Origin: Macrostomum lignano
Taxonomy: Eukaryota
Assembly (NCBI GenBank): GCA_002269645.1
Contig: NIVC01000759.1
Location: forward strand, 1 to 64,000
Direction of reading: 5' to 3'
Length of the DNA stretch: 64,000 nucleotides
Below the pieces are notes generated by a model, which saw nothing but the letters and a program-made list of their open reading frames with translations, did not search any database and was not told the DNA's origin. Positions 58,131 to 64,000 of the stretch are shown one piece after another; within the stretch, counting starts at the first letter, position 1, and every line of letters starts with the position of its first letter. The position numbers and the translations under genes were made by a program.

Positions 58131-58699
58131 TTGTCTTCTACTTCAACAATGATTACAGCCTCAAGGCTATCATCGGACATAAAAGTCTAAGAAGCTTTGT
58201 TTAGAGTACCGCGGTTCACGGCTTATATTTTTGCCTCTAGCGAGTACACGCAGAGCCTTGCTCTTTGCGCTACTGTATTATTCGGCTCTAAAGGAAATAA
58301 AAGTTTCTACCTTAGACAATAGACATGCAGAGAGAAATTAAAGTCCGTTTAGTCTTTTGTCTATACACAACATAAGCTGAGGACGATTGCAGGTTTGAAA
58401 CGTACGAATGAGTCACAATGTCGCTTGAGAGACATATTTCTATTGGGTCTCTCTAATCAAGACGCACTCAAAAAGTTGCTCGTACTCACGGAGAAACTGC
58501 AAGGATAGACTCTAAAAAGGCGATTGAAGTCGCACAAGCCTTTGAAACTGTTTGCTCAACTGTTCGTCAAATTTGCGACAGCCAGTCGCGACCAAGCAGG
58601 TTTGCCTTGTCTCCTTCGACCACTAAAACAGGAAGTTTGCACGCCTGATTTTCATAGGTAACTTCAACCTAGTTTCAGGTGTAACAATCTCTCGTTGAT

Positions 58700-59600
58700 G
58701 TTCTGACTATGAATTGATCTCTCTGCTCCCGTGTCCACTTCGAAAGTTACCGGGACGTTGTTGAGAACCAGAACAACTGACGGCACAGTCTTCTTCTGAC
58801 CTTGAGGGGCCCATGGTCACGAGCACTATTTGTGCAATAGTCCTTGCTTTCACTATCTGATTGCTGGGAGCGAGTAGGACTTGATCTCTGCTGCGGTATA
58901 ACTTGGATATTACTAGCAGCCCTGCCAAATGAAGCAGACTTTATTGATCTGAATGCTTCTCGATGTTTCGGCACTGAAGCCGCAAGTGTGAATTCTCAGT
59001 TAATTACTCGAACTTTATCTTTCACTCTTTGAGCGCGCGCGCCCTCTGCGGCTGTGGGACATGGGTTTATTTTTTCTGCCTTAGGCCGATATTATACACT
59101 CGTAATACAAGAAAGAAAATAACGTAATTCTGTACCCGGGAGGGGGTTTGTGTCATAGACACTTCGCTCAACCAAAAAAGTGCATAAGAATTAAAAAAAC
59201 AAAAAAGTCTTCTAAACACTCGACAGGGACCTTTTTCCGCACTAAAGCAGGTTTTATTGAGAAAAGGACGGCTCTTGGCCAAATTATTAAAAGGGGAAAC
59301 ATCGCTTCTCTCCAGGGCCACGTGCAGTGCCAGTGCGACTGCCTGATTTGAATTTTTCAGTCCGAGCTGCTCCTTATCTTCGTGTTCACCTTATTAACAC
59401 CAGCAGCATTGGTTCTGAACTGTCGTGTATGCTTGATGGCTTCTTCTAGAGTTTGAGCTTCTTTGACAGAATCCTTGAACGAAGTTTTGTCCTTCAACGT
59501 GCTCAACAGACGGTTAAATATGGTTTCATCTCCAAGACCGAATACGAAAGCATCGCGTAGAGCTTGGTCAAGATACAAGGGTCACTCAAAAAGTTCTTAG
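58700..59600 (-). pseudogene. Gypsy gag and integrase C-terminal remnants
   Basis: LRDAFVFGL gag motif, degenerate CCHC, integrase-tail-like segment. Confidence 0.55.
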
Positions 59601-60659
59601 CCTGAAGGAGAAAACAGCAACAAGTTCAGCGAACAAGTCTTTGAAGGTTGCGTCTGAAGGACATAGATGGGTGAAAATGTTCGGTAAAGTTTAAAACGAA
59701 TCGGCCGGTGATTTGCCTTGCTTGAAGTGCAAGTACATCAGTGCTCTGAAGTCGCGATTTTTCAGCTTCATTGTTGAATTAAAAGACGCAAGGGGTGAAC
59801 TGACTTTGACTCGCTGCAGTGGACTCAAAAGTGGCTTCTGTTAGAAAACTTTTCTGCGATGCTTTTAAAAGTTGGTCTCTACTAACACAAATTTCATGCT
59901 TCTACGTCTCTTTGGGCCTTTTCATATTGCTTGTTCTGGTTCCAGAACCAGAACCAATTTGTGAAGTATAACTTTTTGTCTCCATAACTAGAGGGAGATA
60001 CGTGCTATAAAGTTTTTATTATTGAATGACAATCGCCAAGAAGAAAGTGAAAAATTGTGCTAAGTTAGGTTGTTAAGGCAGTCAAATATTAACAGAGTTT
60101 AATAGTTATACTGCTGTTTTTCTTGGAATTCCGAACCGATTCTGGTTCTGGAATTGGTAATATGAAAAGGCCCATAGATTCAACTCAGGCTAAAGACTTT
60201 CTGAGTGACCCTCGTAGTTGCCGTAGGTGCAATTCATGCTCAGGCGTCGCAGCGCAGAAACGAAATCGGTTATGCTCTCGCAATCATGTTGCTTTCGATT
60301 GGAGAATTGGAAAAATTGGAAAAGTTAACCGAACTTCTTGTGTGAGCACTTTTGTGGCGCAATCAAATTCTCGAGGATAGAATAGGCTAATCACAGTGTT
60401 AGATGTCAGTGTCAGTGCTAATTTTTGTGATTCGATGTGCCTTCTTGTCGGCGTCTTCATTAATGCCTTGGACGACCAGATACCGTTCGAACCTCTCTCA
60501 GTATTCTTCCCAACCTCTTGGTTGCTGCATTTGAATGCGCCCAGGTTCGGACTCGTCACCATTATTTTGTTCCCCCACGCTCTTAAGAATCTGAATTAGG
60601 GCGATCAGTTGAGAATCGGAGATCAAACTTGAAGCTCATTCACGTCAACTGTATTTAAG

Positions 60660-62900
60660 CGCCTGTTCGTTCTCGGCCTTGGGCCTCTCACTTGAGCCGG
60701 TTGCGCGTCGCCAGCGCTCTGCAGTAGGTGTCGCCGTGTGCCGCTTGCAGCAGCTGAGGTCGCAGCACGGCTGGCGGCACCACCAGGTCACCCAGGCAGA
60801 TGACGCCGTCCTCGACGGACAGCTGCTGGCGCACGCTCTTAAAGGGACGCTCGGCTGCAGAGCAGTTGCTCCAGACGTTGTCGCGGATCCAGCGTTTGAT
60901 GCCCAGCAGCACTGAGTCGGTCGCAGTTGCCTGCTTAACATCCTCGAGTTTCAGCACGTCAGTCTCGGTCCAGTGGATGACCCTCTCGACCACCTCTGGT
61001 TGCTCGGGCTTCTCCTCGAACTCGAGCCTCGACATCGCGTCGACATGTGGGATGCTTCTTCCGCGGACGTACGCGATATCGTAGTCGAAAGCAGCCAGTT
61101 GGATGGCCCACCGCGTGATTCTCGCAGACGTGACCTTCGGGATCTCCTTGGCTGGGCTGAAGATGAACTCCAGCGGCTGATGGTAGCAGTTCAGTGTGAA
61201 CTTGGCCCCGAGCAGAAAGTGTCGTGCTCGCTGAGTCGCTCACACTATGGTGAGGGCCTCTCGCTCAATGTTGGAGTAGTTCTGCTTCCCCACTGTGAGC
61301 CGTCGAGACAGGTAGATCACTGGGTGCTCGTCTTGAGTCAGGATGGCTAAGATCGCTTTCTCGCTGGCGTCTGTTGGCAGTGTCGTGCGCTTCGAAGCAT
61401 CGAAGATGCGAACTACTGGATACACTTTCAGAGCCTTCTTGAGGTCGTCGAATGCCTTCTGCTGGTCCTGGCCCCACTTGAATGGTGTCTGCTTGCTTCT
61501 CAGGTTTGTGAGTGGCTCGACCCGCTCAGCATTGGCCTGAACATACCGCGCGTAGTAGTTCGTGAGCCCCAGGAAGGATTCGAGCTCTTTGCGGTTCGTC
61601 GGGGCACGGGTCTGCTGAACTTTTCCCACCAGCTTCGAGTCGGGCCGAACACCATCAGTGGAGATCTTGTAACCGAGGAATGAGATTGCAGTGCTCCTAA
61701 AGACACATCGTTGATCTGCATTCCGGCCGCTTTGAGCTTGCGCAACAGTTTCTCTACCTTCTCGTCCAGCTCGGCCTCGGACCTGGCTCCGACACAGACA
61801 TCATCCTGGTAGATGACCAGGTTCGACACCAGACCACCGATCGTTGCTTCCATGGCCGCCAGGAACTGTGCGCTCGCCGTCTTCACGCCGTAGGGCATCC
61901 TTGTCCAGCGTAGCAGTCCAATTGGGGTATTGATGGTGAAAATTTCCTTTGAAGCCTCGTCCAGCTCGAGCTGATTGTACGCGTCCGCCAGGTCGATGGT
62001 GCCGAAGTGAGACATTCCCGCAAGCTCGCAGAACGCTGTTTCGATGTTGGGTAGCGGATAGGAATCAGCACAGATTTTGGGGTTCACCCCGATCTTGTAG
62101 TCGGCACATATCCTGATGTCGCCGTTGGGCTTCCTCACGACCACGATCGGAGACGCCCACTGACTGCCTCCAGGCGCCACTGACTCCAGAACACCGCTGT
62201 CGGTGAGCTTCCGGAGCTTTGTGATGACCAGCGGCTTCAGGTGAATGGGCACTGGTCGCGCCTCAAAATAACTCGGCCGGACATTGTCCCTCAGAAGGAT
62301 GCGCGCCTTGATTCCATTCAGCTTCCCGAGAGGCGTCTCTGTGAAGCTGCCGAGAGTCTTGACGATCGAGCCATCGAACTTGCGAAGCTGGCGCCTGCAC
62401 TGCTGGAGCCGAGGCTCGCCGAGCTGCTTCCAGAAGTTCTGTGGGATGATGCTACTGTCCGATCCCGAGTCCCGAGCATCGTCTGCATGAGCTCGTCCTC
62501 GGCAGTCTGGTGCCTGTCTTTTTTCATTCAACTGGTCGAACTCGCAGAAGCGGGCGGCATCCCGGAGTCTCTGTGCGAAGGCCTGCACTGACTCAGTCGG
62601 CTCCTGGCGCATCGGCATGAATTTCGATGGTTCAGCGATGACGAGCTTCTTTTTCGGGAGAGTCTTCTCGATGATCAATTTTCTGATATCTGCAAAGTCC
62701 ATCTCCTCCAGCTCCTTAGACTTTGCCATGACACTGACGATCCGCACTGCATTCACGCCGGCTTTCGCTAGAAATAGGTCAGTGACCTGCCGATTTTCTG
62801 CGGTGTCCGTGAGATTTTTGCTGCGGCTGACAGCAGCGAAACTTCGTAGCCAAGCTTCTGCCATTGTCGTGTCGTAGCAATGAAGTGGACTCTCCTGTTT
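60660..62900 (-). mobile_element. Gypsy (K02A2.6-like) retrotransposon fragment with internal deletions
   Basis: gag (FAQRLRDAARFCEF), DSGS protease, RT (WASPIVVVRK, ICADYK, YQDD), RNase H (TDAS, NYSNIEREAL), start of integrase zinc finger. Confidence 0.9.
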
Positions 62901-63039
62901 ACGAGAGCTCTTAGCTGAGCAAAGAAAACGAGCCTTTCGCCGATAGCCCAAGCAGTCTTTTTATTTACTAGAAAAAATGACCGAGGGCCATATGCCGCCA
63001 ATAATACCAGCGCAGCCGTTTCAAGCTTTAGCACATAGA

Positions 63040-63800
63040 TAGTTAATGAGCACCGCCAACCGGCGCCACACCACAGATTCGCCACTTTCGACATGGTGGC
63101 GACCAACGGCTTGTGCTCGGTGTAGGCCGTAAAAATGCGTTCCTACAGAAATAAGCGAAATGCCGGACCGCCAGCGGCCGATTTCATTAAAAATCTACAA
63201 GTGACAAGTCGACAAATATGCTGACATCAGCTCCAGTGTATACCAGGAAACGCAGGCCTGTCAGCAAATCCGCGATGAGGAACAGGCTGCTGCTGCCAGA
63301 CGCCGAGCTGTTCACCGATGGCCGGACTGCCCGTTTCCCCGAAATTTACAAAGCGCTTAAAAAATATGGCCTTTGCGCTGAACTCTTATGAAAGAAGCAC
63401 AGATCGGTGGTTTCCTCGCAGTGACGTGATGGCCGGGCGCAGGCAAACCGGCTTGTTCTGCCCTGGCGGGCGGCCGCGACCACTGGCTCGTCAGGCTGCT
63501 GAATTTCGCTCACAACCGGCTGGGCTAGATTGGATCCAAAGCATGTTGGCAAAGCATGATAGCGGATCCGCAAATTCTGAAGATCGGATACCAGTCGGAT
63601 GTCTGGTGAGAGCTGCTGTCGGAAAAGTTCCTCCAATGATATGCATAGCCGATGGTCGCTTAACAACGCCAACATATCGTTCATGGCGCCGATCTCCGAG
63701 GCCTGTCATACTATGAGCTGCATAAAACTGGGCCGAACTGATCTCGCGGACTGGTATATGTGGTATATGATCCTACGTGTGTCTCTCTTTTCGGCCATAG
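63040..63800 (-). pseudogene. Heavily deleted Gypsy of a different family (gag-PR joined to RNase H end)
   Basis: GLGDRR, LFRQQLSPDIR, C.FH gag; LFLIAD...FLVYTGADVS protease; HFTAYTEHKPL RNase H end. Confidence 0.65.
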
Positions 63801-63859
63801 ACTTATTTTGTTATGATTCTGCTCTGACACTTTCTTTTAAGTACTAAGCTGCGAGCTGC

Positions 63860-64000
63860 CTTGAAGAAAAAGGGAAAAAGGAAAAAGGAAGAAATATACT
63901 CTCGCGCAAACTCTAAAGAGCATTCCTAGAATAAATTACTGAAACCGGATGCTACATTGGCGACGAGGATATGACTGCCGTACCCAACACCGCTTCAAGA
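63860..64000 (+). mobile_element. LTR end, primer-binding site and gag start of a further Gypsy element running out of the window
   Basis: AATAAA, ...CTACA, then TGGCGACGAG (63958-67) and ATG at 63971. Confidence 0.6.

Noticed and set aside
58130-58324. 5-prime LTR of the 55430-58130 Gypsy
   Set aside because: TG...CA ends are plausible, but no matching 3-prime LTR or TSD was found, so it was not called separately

Overview
Eukaryotic (animal) nuclear DNA. GC-rich exons, minisatellite-filled introns and an NPF gene suggest an invertebrate, possibly a free-living flatworm such as Macrostomum (inference only). Bases 1-12550 are the right-hand part of an AT-rich Polinton/Maverick (adintovirus-like) element. 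It carries the pPolB C-terminus, a membrane protein, a fibre-like adhesin with discoidin and L-type lectin-like domains, an adenain-type protease, minor and major capsid genes, a packaging ATPase, an HNH endonuclease and a PLA2-integrase gene, and it ends in ...ACTACT inside a piggyBac transposase. Main discovery: the PLA2-integrase gene is split, inside the PLA2 G-P-G loop, by a 303-nt insertion (10208-10510) that folds by eye into a complete IC1-type group I ribozyme core. It has a co-varied P7, an apparent terminal A instead of omega-G, and a free-standing HNH nuclease directly upstream. The element also has recurring GC-rich double hairpins and a self-complementary terminus. The host part contains a MATH-less TRAF-like gene, two tandem 9-exon P5CS (ALDH18A1) paralogues, a Hook gene with an NPY/NPF precursor nested antisense in an intron, and a divergent TRP-like channel ORF. 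It also holds a complete P-element with 94-bp TIRs and 8-bp TSD, a 2-kb foldback element, a MITE, an RTE LINE fragment and several decayed Gypsy elements. All calls were made by eye from motifs; no searches or folding programs were run.
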